Of a stretch of DNA of 27,945 bases, positions 14,942 to 23,962 are shown in pieces (positions within the stretch are counted from its first letter, which is position 1; each line of letters opens with the position of its first letter). Position numbers and translations under genes: made by a program. Under the pieces are notes generated by a model, which was not told the DNA's origin, searched no databases, and saw only the letters and a list, made by a program, of their open reading frames with translations. Origin of the DNA: Myxococcota bacterium. GTDB lineage: Bacteria; Myxococcota; UBA727; JABDBI01. The stretch lies in assembly GCA_039030035.1 (NCBI GenBank), contig JBCCEX010000001.1, positions 1-27,945 on the forward strand, written 5' to 3'.

Positions 14942-16453
14942 ATGTCCTCTAGCGTTGTTGAACTAAAACAAAACCCGAAGCAGCATCCTATTCGCACGAT
15001 CTTTTGGCCCGTTTATGGCTCGGAGCATAGGGCTTTTTTGCCCCTAACGCTTATTGTTTTCCTCATATTATTTAACTACACTATTTTACGAAGCATAAAA
15101 GATGCTTGTATTATTACTGCCTCGGGAGTCGAAGCGTTAACCTTTATTAAATTTTGGCTCACTGTCCCCGCGCTGTTTTGCTTTTTTATGTTTTATGCAA
15201 AAGCTGTTAACTATTTTAAAAAAACGACTCTTTTTTATGGGATTGTCAGCGGTTTCATGATCTTTTTTCTCTTGTTTGGCTGGGTGATATATCCTAACCG
15301 AGAGCTGTTGCAGCCTACCCTAACTGCCGACCTGCTGCGTAGCTGGATCGGCTTTAGCTGGGCCGATGGCATTGTTGATATTTACCGTTATTGGACACTG
15401 TCACTCTTTTTTGTGGCGGCTGAAATGTGGAACAGCGTGGTGCTACTGTTTCTATTTTGGCAGCTGGCCAACAGCATTACGACTGTCAAAGATGCAAAAC
15501 GGTTTTATCCCCATTTTGTCTTTCTGGGCCATATTGGTCTATTTGTAGCTGGAGCTGTTTTAAGATTTGTCACCTCGCAACCTGCGGTGGCTGGTTGTGT
15601 CGATTCATGGCAGCTAAAACTGCGCATTTTGTTGACTATAGTGGCAGCCAACTGTGGCATGATCCTGATCACCTACTGGGCTTTGCAGCGTTATGTGTTT
15701 AATGCCAAGAGAGTGTCGGGCTTTGCCAATGTTAGGCAGGCGGCGGCTGCCAAGCCTAAAATGTCGTTGCGAAAGAGCCTCTATTTTATTTCACGATCGC
15801 AGTATTTGGCTCTTATAGCCACACTGGTCTTGTGCTATGGCATCAGCATGAACCTTGTTGATGTGTTGCGCAAACACCAAATTAAGGCGCAGTATCCCAG
15901 TGCGCAAGATTATGCCGCTTTCATGGGAATCTTATATATGGCTCTCGGCGTAGCCACCTGTATTGTGGTGCTCATAGGTGGTAGTGCGTTGCGCCGGGTC
16001 GGATGGAAAAAGGCTGCACTGGTAGCACCTTTTGCGATATGCGGTGGTGGCTTAGTGCTGTGTTTAGCCATTATGTTTACCGATCCTGTTGCAGCTTTAA
16101 GTGTTTTATTGGGCAGCACACCCCTATTTTTGATTGTTGTGGTTGCCACAGGAGAAAATATCTTAAGTAAGAGCGTCAAGTATGCGCTGTTTGACACCAC
16201 CAAAGAGATGGCCTATATCCCTCTAGATGAAGAGTCTAAAACCAAAGGCAAGGCAGCCATTGACATGGTTGGCATGCGTTTAGGCAAGTCGTGTGGTTCG
16301 CTGATTCAGCAAGCAATGTTTATTTTCATTGGACCTGCGAGTGTTATTGCACCCTATAGCTTTTCTATTTTGGCTGTATCCATGGTGGTATGGATCTGGG
16401 CAGTGTTGCGTTTACACAAACGCTTTGAAGCCCTTCACGGTGGGTCTGTCTAA
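14942..16453 (+). CDS. tlc: TLC-family nucleotide transporter (ATP/ADP translocase, NTT/Npt type), paralog 1, 503 aa
   Basis: FNYTILRSIKD, FIKFW, AEMWNSV, FWQLAN, AKRFYP, KYALFDTTKEMAYIPLDEESKTKGKAAID, LGKSCGSLIQQ; about 12 hydrophobic segments. Confidence 0.95.
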   Translation: MSSSVVELKQNPKQHPIRTIFWPVYGSEHRAFLPLTLIVFLILFNYTILRSIKDACIITASGVEALTFIKFWLTVPALFCFFMFYAKAVNYFKKTTLFYGIVSGFMIFFLLFGWVIYPNRELLQPTLTADLLRSWIGFSWADGIVDIYRYWTLSLFFVAAEMWNSVVLLFLFWQLANSITTVKDAKRFYPHFVFLGHIGLFVAGAVLRFVTSQPAVAGCVDSWQLKLRILLTIVAANCGMILITYWALQRYVFNAKRVSGFANVRQAAAAKPKMSLRKSLYFISRSQYLALIATLVLCYGISMNLVDVLRKHQIKAQYPSAQDYAAFMGILYMALGVATCIVVLIGGSALRRVGWKKAALVAPFAICGGGLVLCLAIMFTDPVAALSVLLGSTPLFLIVVVATGENILSKSVKYALFDTTKEMAYIPLDEESKTKGKAAIDMVGMRLGKSCGSLIQQAMFIFIGPASVIAPYSFSILAVSMVVWIWAVLRLHKRFEALHGGSV

Positions 16454-16490
16454 CGAGAAAGAAACCTTATAACCCAGGAGAGCACGATTT

Positions 16491-17990
16491 ATGTCTTTAC
16501 AGCAGTCTACAGGGCCCCGTTTTTTTCAACTTTGCCGCGAGATAATCTGGCCGATATATGGGGCCGAGCACAAGGGCTTTTTGCCCATGGCAATCATCAA
16601 TACGCTGATTTTGGCCAACTACACCATTATTCGCAGCATCAAAGATGCCACTATTATCACAACCTCCGGTGTTGAAACCATTACATTTATTAAATTTTGG
16701 CTGGTGGTGCCCTGCTCTTTTCTCTTTTTTCTGCTTTATGCTAAGGCGGTTAATCTCTTCACACGTGATCAGCTCTTTTATGGTATTATATTGGGATTTC
16801 TCTCCTTCTTTATTCTATTTTCATGGGGGCTTTACCCCTACCGTCATCTGCTTCACCCCACCAGCAGTGCCGATTGGTTGCAAAGCGTGATGCCGCAAGC
16901 CCAATGGGCATCTTATGTGGTTGACATCTATCGCTACTGGACACTGTCGCTGTTTTATGTAGTGGCCGAAATGTGGAGCAGTGTGATGCTGTCGTTTATA
17001 TTTTGGCAACTGGCAAACAGTGTCACTGCGGTGAAAGATGCCAAGCGCTTTTACACCCACTTCTATCTACTGGCTCACATCAGTGTGTTCGCCGCCGGTT
17101 TGGCTGTTAGCTCTATTGCATCGCAGCAATCCAGCACAACAGAGTCTTGGCAGATTTTGCTGCAAAATCTCATGGCTATTGTCTGTATCAGCTGTGTCGT
17201 TATTATTGCAATGTATTGGGCACTGCACCGATTTGTATTTAACGGCAAACACCATGTTCCTGGTTTTACACAAATCGAGCAGACCAAAGTCGATAAACCC
17301 AAAATGTCTTTATGGGAAAGTATCCGTTTTCTTGTACACTCCCCCTATCTCGCTCTCATCGCCACCCTCGTGTTGTGTTACGGCATCAGCACCAATTTGG
17401 TAGAGATTCTATGGAAAAATCAGCTGAAGTTGCAATACCCCAATCCGCAAGATTATGCCGCCTTTATGGGTAAGCTCTACATGATTGTTGGCCTAGCCAC
17501 CTGTATTGTTATTCTTGTTGGCGGCAGCATTTTGCGCCACTTGGGCTGGAAAAAAGCCGCTTTGGTTACCCCCATTGCACTCGGCGGCGGCGGCTTGCTG
17601 TTTTGCCTAGGCCTCATTTTTACCGATAGCATGCAGCTGCTTAGCAAACTGCTGCATATTACCCCCCTGGTGCTATTGGTCTGTTTTGGCACCCTGCAGT
17701 ATGTGCTAGGCAAAAGCACCAAGTACGCCCTCTTTGACCCCACCAAAGAGATGACCTATATTCCTCTAGATGAGGAGTCCAAAACCAAAGGCAAAGCAGC
17801 TATCGATGTATTTGGTACCCGTTTTGGTAAATCGTGCGGTGGCTTTATTCAGCAGCTGTTGTTTATTTTTGTCGGCCCTGTGAGTGTGATTGCTCCCTAC
17901 AGTTTTTGCATTTTGTTTGCTATGACAGCCTTGTGGGTATGGGCTGTTTCTGCTTTACATAAGCGCTTTGCTGCACTCAATGCTGAGTAA
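16491..17990 (+). CDS. tlc: TLC-family nucleotide transporter (ATP/ADP translocase, NTT/Npt type), paralog 2, 499 aa
   Basis: NYTIIRSIKD, AEMWSSV, FWQLAN, AKRFY, NLVEILWKNQL, KYALFDPTKEMTYIPLDEESKTKGKAAID, FGKSCGGFIQQ; AGGAG SD. Confidence 0.95.
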   Translation: MSLQQSTGPRFFQLCREIIWPIYGAEHKGFLPMAIINTLILANYTIIRSIKDATIITTSGVETITFIKFWLVVPCSFLFFLLYAKAVNLFTRDQLFYGIILGFLSFFILFSWGLYPYRHLLHPTSSADWLQSVMPQAQWASYVVDIYRYWTLSLFYVVAEMWSSVMLSFIFWQLANSVTAVKDAKRFYTHFYLLAHISVFAAGLAVSSIASQQSSTTESWQILLQNLMAIVCISCVVIIAMYWALHRFVFNGKHHVPGFTQIEQTKVDKPKMSLWESIRFLVHSPYLALIATLVLCYGISTNLVEILWKNQLKLQYPNPQDYAAFMGKLYMIVGLATCIVILVGGSILRHLGWKKAALVTPIALGGGGLLFCLGLIFTDSMQLLSKLLHITPLVLLVCFGTLQYVLGKSTKYALFDPTKEMTYIPLDEESKTKGKAAIDVFGTRFGKSCGGFIQQLLFIFVGPVSVIAPYSFCILFAMTALWVWAVSALHKRFAALNAE

Positions 17991-18012
17991 GATTGGCTTT
18001 AAAAAAGGTGCG

Positions 18013-18429
18013 CTAAGCAGCCTCTTCACTAGGGCGATGCGATGCATATTTCTCTCTTTTTTTGCGAATATGCGTCACAATTTTGCGTACAGTTACGATA
18101 TCTTCCGAATAGATACGATCCACAATTTTTGTATCTGCCATCAATCGCAATGCCTCATCGATTGCAATAGCTTTTTGGGCAGATTCTCGGGTAGGAAAAA
18201 GAGCCTCCCACACACGGTATTTCGATAACGGTACCATGTGGTTTTTAACAAACTGATCGTAATCTGAGCCAGGACGCGTATCGATACGTTGGCAACCACG
18301 CCCAATTCTATATTGGCTGTAGTAAAGCTCGTACATGCTATCGATCACCTCTTTACGCCAATCATCTGCAGGTAATCGAAAATCCTTTTTGCCCTTAATC
18401 TCTTGCAGCAATCGCTCCCAGTTCACCAT
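18013..18429 (-). CDS. Hypothetical protein, 138 aa, no family recognised
   Basis: Globular-looking charged composition, not nested in another gene, with a strong promoter and GGTG SD-like sequence upstream. Confidence 0.7.
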   Translation of the reverse strand: MVNWERLLQEIKGKKDFRLPADDWRKEVIDSMYELYYSQYRIGRGCQRIDTRPGSDYDQFVKNHMVPLSKYRVWEALFPTRESAQKAIAIDEALRLMADTKIVDRIYSEDIVTVRKIVTHIRKKREKYASHRPSEEAA

Positions 18430-18487
18430 TTAGACACCACAATAGGCTCACAGGCCTGCTTCATGTTCACATCAAATCAATATGGCA

Positions 18488-18516
18488 ATTTTAGCAAGGG
18501 TTATAGATCTTGGCAA
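18488..18516 (-). promoter_or_regulatory. Sigma70 promoter with extended -10 for the 138-aa orphan
   Basis: Minus strand TTGCCA-N17-TAAAAT with TGn immediately before the -10 hexamer. Confidence 0.65.
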
Positions 18517-18575
18517 GAATCTGATCAACTGCCATCAGACAGCGTTGCCAAATTGTTGTTAGTTCGTATCCCCAA

Positions 18576-21122
18576 CTATTCGGCAAGCTTAGCCTGCGTC
18601 TGTTTGTGCTCAAAGCACTCTAATATATCGCCCTCTTGCCAATCGTGAAATCTCTCGACTTCAATACCACACTCATACCCTGATTCAACACGACGCACAT
18701 CATCTTTAAAGCGGCGCAGCCCTGTAATGCGGCTGGTACACAACAGTTCGGCTCCGCGCTTAACTCGTACGTGGGCCGATCGGGCAACAGCGCCTTGTGT
18801 AACAATGCAACCGGCAATTTTGCCCAACTTAGAAACCGAAAAAACCTGCCGTACTTGAGCCTGACCAAGTGGCACCTCCTCAAAAACAGGTTCTAGCAGG
18901 CTCTGCATAAGGTGGCGAATTTGATCGAGCATTTCATAGATGACATTGCAGGAATAGATGGTTAGCTTGGAGCGCAGGGCCCGCTTTTGCGCCTTGCTGT
19001 CTGGTTTGGTATGAAAACCGATAATATGGGCACCGGTTGTGAGTGCTAGCTCCACATTGCTTTCGGTGATGGTGCCAACACCGCTGTGCACAATTTCGAC
19101 ATCTACTTGAGATTGTGAGGTCGACAGCCCTTTTACAGCAGCTTGAATCGCCTCTAGTGAGCCAAATACATCTGTTTTGATAACCAGCCGTAGCAGCTTG
19201 CTCCCCTTTTCATCTGTTTTTTGCAATACATTTTCTAGGCTAGCCCCCCCTGAGTGCAACAGCTCCTGTTCACGCTGCTGCTGCGAGCGGTGTGATGCAA
19301 TAAGTTTAGCCACGCGATCTCCTTCGACGCTATGGCAAGAGTCACCTGGTTTGGGCACGCCAGATAGACCCAACAACTGCGCCGGAATACAGGGGCCTAC
19401 CTGTTTGAGTGGCTTTCCTTGGCAGTCCAGCAGCAATCGCACGCGACCGCTATACGGACCAGCCACAATCCAGTCTCCCTGCTTGAGTGTTCCTGATTGC
19501 AGCAGCAGTGTTACCAGCGGGCCTCTGCCCTTATCTAGCTGCGCCTCTACCACCAAACCTTGGGCCTTGCAGTCGGGGTTTGCTTGCAGATTCATGATTT
19601 CAGCCTGTACAGCAATACCATCTAGCAGCTCTCGCAAACCCTGTTTTTTCTTGGCGCTAATCTCAAACACCTGCACATCACCGCCCCACTGCTCGGTGAC
19701 AACACCATATTCAGATAGCTGCTGCAACACCTTTTGCGGTTGCGCACCACCGGCATCCATTTTGTTGAGGGCAACTACAATGGGCACCTTGGCCGCTTTG
19801 GCATGATCAATAGCCTCTTTGGTTTGAGGCATGACGCCATCATCGGCAGCGACGACCAACACAACAATGTCGGTCAGCTGAGCACCACGAGCACGCATGG
19901 CTGTAAAAGCCTCGTGACCGGGTGTGTCTAAAAATGTGACCTGGCCGTGCGGTGTTTTGACATCGTAGGCACCAATATGCTGCGTAATGCCACCATACTC
20001 TGACGATGCAACACCCTCTTGGCGCAGCGCATCGAGCAGCGTGGTTTTGCCATGATCAACGTGGCCCATCACAGTTACCACAGGTGGTCTGGGTTTCAGA
20101 TTGCTGGGGTCTTGCTTGACAGCTGTATCAAGCAGCGTCGACTCCTGAAACGAAACATCTTTGGTTTCAAAGCCAAACTCGCCAGCTACCAGCGTGGCAG
20201 TTTCTTGATCGACAGATTGGTTAATGGTAACCATCATGCCCATCTCCATGAGCTTGGCGACAACGGCAGAAGCCTTTACCGACATATGATGAGCCAGCTC
20301 ACTCACCGCCATTGGGCCACTTAGTTCAATAACACGTTTGTGTGCGTGCGGTTGCATAGTAGTAGGCTGCTGCGGCTCTTTGGTTTTGGCCGATTTTTTC
20401 TTCTTAGTCTTAGGTGCCCACAAATCTTGCCAGTCGCCTTTTTCTTGACCACGCTGGGGCCACTGATTGCCCGACCGGCGCTTGCCGGGTGTATTTCGAC
20501 CAGATCCCGGTAATCCCGGCTTTGCAGCAGCGGGCGGCACAGCTGCGCCAATGGTTACTTCACGTACACGAGCTGGCGATGAAGAGGCGGCAGAGGCATG
20601 TTTTTTGCCCGCATAATCAAAATTTCTCCCCTCACGAGCCAAACGGGCACGAATGGAGTTGGCATCGATAACCCGTACCACGCTCACAGAGGCACCAGAC
20701 TCTTTGGCCTTGTCAGCAGATGTTAGCTCGGCAGGTGGAGGCGGTTCATCCACAGGCACAGCAGGCTTTTCGCTCTTTTCGGTAGGCGGTAGAGTTTCAA
20801 CAGGCGGCGGTGTTGCTGTGGCTGTAGGCTGCTTCATTTCGAGTTTCTCCTGCTTAACATCAGGGATCTCCTGTGCGGCAGCAGGTGTCTCTTGTTCATC
20901 AACAACAGGTTCGTTGTGCCGCTTACGCAGCAGCGTGCGAGGACGAGAGGGGTTTTGCTGCGCCTTAGCCTGAGACAGACCCAACGCTTTGTAAGCCTCT
21001 TGCTCGTCAACATTGCTGGAGTGGGTTCTGACAGACATACCCCCAGCTCGCAGTTTTTTTAACAGATCTGTATTGGCCATCTTTAATTTTTTAGCCAGTT
21101 CATACACACGCAATTGCGTCAT
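18576..21122 (-). CDS. infB: Translation initiation factor IF-2
   Basis: LRVYELAKKL N-terminus, RPPVVTVMGHVDHGKTTLLD, FLDTPGHEAF, LNKMD, GYECGI. Confidence 0.98.
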   Translation of the reverse strand: MTQLRVYELAKKLKMANTDLLKKLRAGGMSVRTHSSNVDEQEAYKALGLSQAKAQQNPSRPRTLLRKRHNEPVVDEQETPAAAQEIPDVKQEKLEMKQPTATATPPPVETLPPTEKSEKPAVPVDEPPPPAELTSADKAKESGASVSVVRVIDANSIRARLAREGRNFDYAGKKHASAASSSPARVREVTIGAAVPPAAAKPGLPGSGRNTPGKRRSGNQWPQRGQEKGDWQDLWAPKTKKKKSAKTKEPQQPTTMQPHAHKRVIELSGPMAVSELAHHMSVKASAVVAKLMEMGMMVTINQSVDQETATLVAGEFGFETKDVSFQESTLLDTAVKQDPSNLKPRPPVVTVMGHVDHGKTTLLDALRQEGVASSEYGGITQHIGAYDVKTPHGQVTFLDTPGHEAFTAMRARGAQLTDIVVLVVAADDGVMPQTKEAIDHAKAAKVPIVVALNKMDAGGAQPQKVLQQLSEYGVVTEQWGGDVQVFEISAKKKQGLRELLDGIAVQAEIMNLQANPDCKAQGLVVEAQLDKGRGPLVTLLLQSGTLKQGDWIVAGPYSGRVRLLLDCQGKPLKQVGPCIPAQLLGLSGVPKPGDSCHSVEGDRVAKLIASHRSQQQREQELLHSGGASLENVLQKTDEKGSKLLRLVIKTDVFGSLEAIQAAVKGLSTSQSQVDVEIVHSGVGTITESNVELALTTGAHIIGFHTKPDSKAQKRALRSKLTIYSCNVIYEMLDQIRHLMQSLLEPVFEEVPLGQAQVRQVFSVSKLGKIAGCIVTQGAVARSAHVRVKRGAELLCTSRITGLRRFKDDVRRVESGYECGIEVERFHDWQEGDILECFEHKQTQAKLAE

Positions 21123-21772
21123 TTTTTCTCCTCACAAGTTTTGTCCAAAGACGACTGCAAACGACAAAGCCTCTGTAAATGCAGCCGCAAAGAGGCTGCT
21201 AATGCTCCCGAAAGGATCGCCACACAACCGACTTGCTGCTGCCCCAGGCAATGCCCTATCTGCACCTTGGTTAGTGGGGGATCAAAGATCGTATCTCGCT
21301 GTTCACCCCAGCTATCCAATAAAAATTGACGCGCCCTGTCAGCAAGATCACAAGCATAAACAAACGCTTGAGCATGCCCCTGCTGCACTGCCTGCAAACA
21401 GCGCTGTTGCCCAAAACAGCACTGACCGGCTCGATAAGCCAACCCCATAGTTGTTAGTACCTGCTCCTTTAGCAACACACAAACACGCTCGCTCAAATCC
21501 CATGCATCAACCGCTCGTGGCCGTGCCCGCAAACAGCGGGCAAATGCCTGTCGCTGCAAGCTTTGTTGCACACAGATCAGCTGTGGGCATACCCAAGCAC
21601 CACGCCCCTGCAGTACCGCTCTTACATCAAAATCCAACTCTCCTTGTGGATTACACACAAAGCGCAACATCAGTTTTGTCGGCAGCGTCGTTTTACATCC
21701 TGCACAGGCCCGCAGACAATCTTCCAGGCTCCCTTTGGCCACGCGCAACAGCACCTCTTGATCAAATAACAT
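21119..21772 (-). CDS. ylxR: YlxR (DUF448/RnpM-like) domain fused to an L7Ae/YlxQ-like RNA-binding domain, about 217 aa
   Basis: RACAGC...LRFVCNPQG...GRGAWVC (YlxR), then MGLAYRAGQCCFG...VYACD (L7Ae-like). Stop overlaps the infB start (ATGA). Start placed at ATG 21772. Confidence 0.85.
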   Translation of the reverse strand: MLFDQEVLLRVAKGSLEDCLRACAGCKTTLPTKLMLRFVCNPQGELDFDVRAVLQGRGAWVCPQLICVQQSLQRQAFARCLRARPRAVDAWDLSERVCVLLKEQVLTTMGLAYRAGQCCFGQQRCLQAVQQGHAQAFVYACDLADRARQFLLDSWGEQRDTIFDPPLTKVQIGHCLGQQQVGCVAILSGALAASLRLHLQRLCRLQSSLDKTCEEKK

Positions 21773-22047
21773 CGTAATATCGTAATACTGTGTTATTATC
21801 ACACACAGATGCCATCGCGGCAAAATATTTGATCTTTGCTGTGCAGCAGAAATGGTGTAATCACACACAAACGACACAGCAAATAGCACTAGAGCTATCG
21901 CAAGGCTCGTAGCTAAAGTGACCGGTTTTTGTTCGTATCTTTGCTAGATTCCCGGTTGCGCGGCATGAAACGGCATGAGAAGGACACCGGAAATTTGTTG
22001 CATGGTCTAAGCTAGCCTGGCTTACAGGTGGTTGCGCGTTTGAGTTG

Positions 22048-22068
22048 CAGAGCCGACGCATTAAAAAA
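22048..22068 (+). repeat. Dispersed IS-end-like repeat, copy 2 (terminal 21 bp only)
   Basis: CAGAGCCGACGCATTAAAAAA; 20/21 identical to the terminus of copy 1, with a different interior. Confidence 0.75.
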
Positions 22069-22453
22069 CTGGATCACCAGATTCGGTTTTAAGAGAGAAG
22101 CATAAGCGATTTTTCCCTCTTTCTAGCAAGACTATTCCGACCTCTATTGAAACAAAACCGCCCGTGATTGCGTTGCCTTTAGATGCCTCGTATCCATGAT
22201 GACTTTCATGCATTCTGAACACATAAGCCTTCAGGCTCATGCTACACTGGACAAGACTGAAACTCGCCTCTAGAGGCTGATTGTGACATAATAAGCAATA
22301 ATGTATACAATAATACCCGCACCGGCACACGTCAGCAGCAGGAGAAGCGGGGGGAGATTCAAAAAAAGCAACAAGAAAACCTGTTTTCTAAATTGGTACA
22401 AGAGGCATGCAACGGTGCAGTCATCTATGAAATTCATATCTTAAAATAGCTTC

Positions 22454-23914
22454 ATGACACTGAATCAATATACCGGCACCACTGCTTTTGTTTTGTATGC
22501 ATCTATTTTACTGGCTGTAGGAATTTGGTCGCGCCTGCATCACAAACCCTCTGAGCAAGCTAACTTTTTGCTGGCCAACCGTAATCTCAATTTCTGGATC
22601 GGCGCGATTTCGGCCAATGCGAGCGATATGAGCGCCTGGCTGTTTGTGGGGTTGCCCTATGTGATGTACACACAAGGTGGCCTCGAACTGTGGACTGCGC
22701 TGGGGCTGTTGCTGTTTATGTTTTTAAGCTGGCATATGGTAGCCCCGCGGCTGCGCCAACAGACTGCAAAGCTTGGGGTCAATACGCTATCGAGCTACTT
22801 CGAAGCGCGCCTCAACGACTCTTCGGGGGCACTGCGTGTGGTGGGAACAATCATGACGCTGTTTTTTTTAACCCCCTATGTTGCTGCCGGACTCATGGCG
22901 GTAGGGCGCTATTGTGAAACGTTGCTGTATATTCCCTACCACATTGGCTGTATCGTTGGCACAATACTGGTGGTAACCTACACCACCATTGGCGGCTTGG
23001 CAGCTGTTGCGTGGGTCGATTTTTTCCAAGGTCTGTTTTTGTTGGGGGTGATTGTTGTGGTGCCAATCTTGGCCTATTGCAATATTCCAGCAGATCAAAC
23101 GCTATGGGCCGCAGCACAGGCCAAAGGCGTATCTCTCATGCTGCTATCCGATACATCCAGCGCCTCTATCATTGCGGCTGCTAGTCTCTTTTTTGGCTGG
23201 GGGATGGGATATTTTGGGCAGCCCCATATCTTAGACAAATTTATGGCACTGCGCGATCCCGATAAAATCAGCTACAGCAAATGGCTGAGCAGCACATGGC
23301 AGATCTGTGCACTAGGCTCCTCTGCGGCCTGTGGCCTGGTGGCCATCGCCTTTTTACAGCCGCCACCTGCCAACCCTGAACTGCTGTTTGTCGATATGGT
23401 GCAGCGGCTGTTTAACCCCATGATAGCAGCATGGATGCTGTGTGCTGTGCTGGCAGCAACTCTGTCGAGCATGGATTCGCAGGTGCTGGTGCTAGCGTCG
23501 GCCATTGCGCACGATCTTGCGCCGCGTATCTACAAAAGGGCTGCTTTATCCTCCAAACAGATGCTGTGGATCTCGCGAGCAGCTATTGTGGTGATCAGCT
23601 TCATTGCCTTGGCCATTGCGTGGAATGAACATCAATTTATTTTCGATCTGATTGGATTTTGCTGGATGGGACTAGGCTGCTCGTTTGGCCCTGTGGTGCT
23701 GCTGTGCTTGCATAGCCGCTGGCTAACACAATGGGGCGCACTGGCAGCACTATGCACCGGCGGCTTGATTGGAGCAACTTGGGATCTATTCAATACTCCC
23801 CTATCGGCACCGCTGCCTGGTTTTGCAGCCGCTTTGATTGTTGCCTACTGTGTCTCACAGCTGCAGCGTCGTTGGCAATCAATCTCATCGTTTTTGGGCA
23901 ATCGGCGTGGTTGA
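22454..23914 (+). CDS. putP: Sodium/proline symporter (SSS family)
   Basis: FLLANR, ISANASDMSAWLFVGLP, TTIGGLAAVAWVDFFQG, GYFGQPHIL, LAATLSSMDSQ. Confidence 0.88.
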   Translation: MTLNQYTGTTAFVLYASILLAVGIWSRLHHKPSEQANFLLANRNLNFWIGAISANASDMSAWLFVGLPYVMYTQGGLELWTALGLLLFMFLSWHMVAPRLRQQTAKLGVNTLSSYFEARLNDSSGALRVVGTIMTLFFLTPYVAAGLMAVGRYCETLLYIPYHIGCIVGTILVVTYTTIGGLAAVAWVDFFQGLFLLGVIVVVPILAYCNIPADQTLWAAAQAKGVSLMLLSDTSSASIIAAASLFFGWGMGYFGQPHILDKFMALRDPDKISYSKWLSSTWQICALGSSAACGLVAIAFLQPPPANPELLFVDMVQRLFNPMIAAWMLCAVLAATLSSMDSQVLVLASAIAHDLAPRIYKRAALSSKQMLWISRAAIVVISFIALAIAWNEHQFIFDLIGFCWMGLGCSFGPVVLLCLHSRWLTQWGALAALCTGGLIGATWDLFNTPLSAPLPGFAAALIVAYCVSQLQRRWQSISSFLGNRRG

Positions 23915-23962
23915 TTGCCTCTTGTTGAGCCGCGAAGGGTGAAAAGATATGATGGTGGTAGC

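Noticed and set aside
21119-21772. YlxR-L7Ae fusion as a novelty
   Set aside because: This fusion upstream of infB is already known in several proteobacterial groups; kept as a feature only.
19177-21777. Plus-strand ORFs 19177-19806, 20019-20324, 20653-20973, 21013-21450 and 21451-21777
   Set aside because: Antisense to infB and ylxR; no independent coding evidence.
22061-22330. 89-aa minus-strand ORF next to IS-end copy 2, considered as a transposase fragment
   Set aside because: No DDE or other transposase motif recognisable in any frame; the frame ending FFNASAL has several stops upstream.
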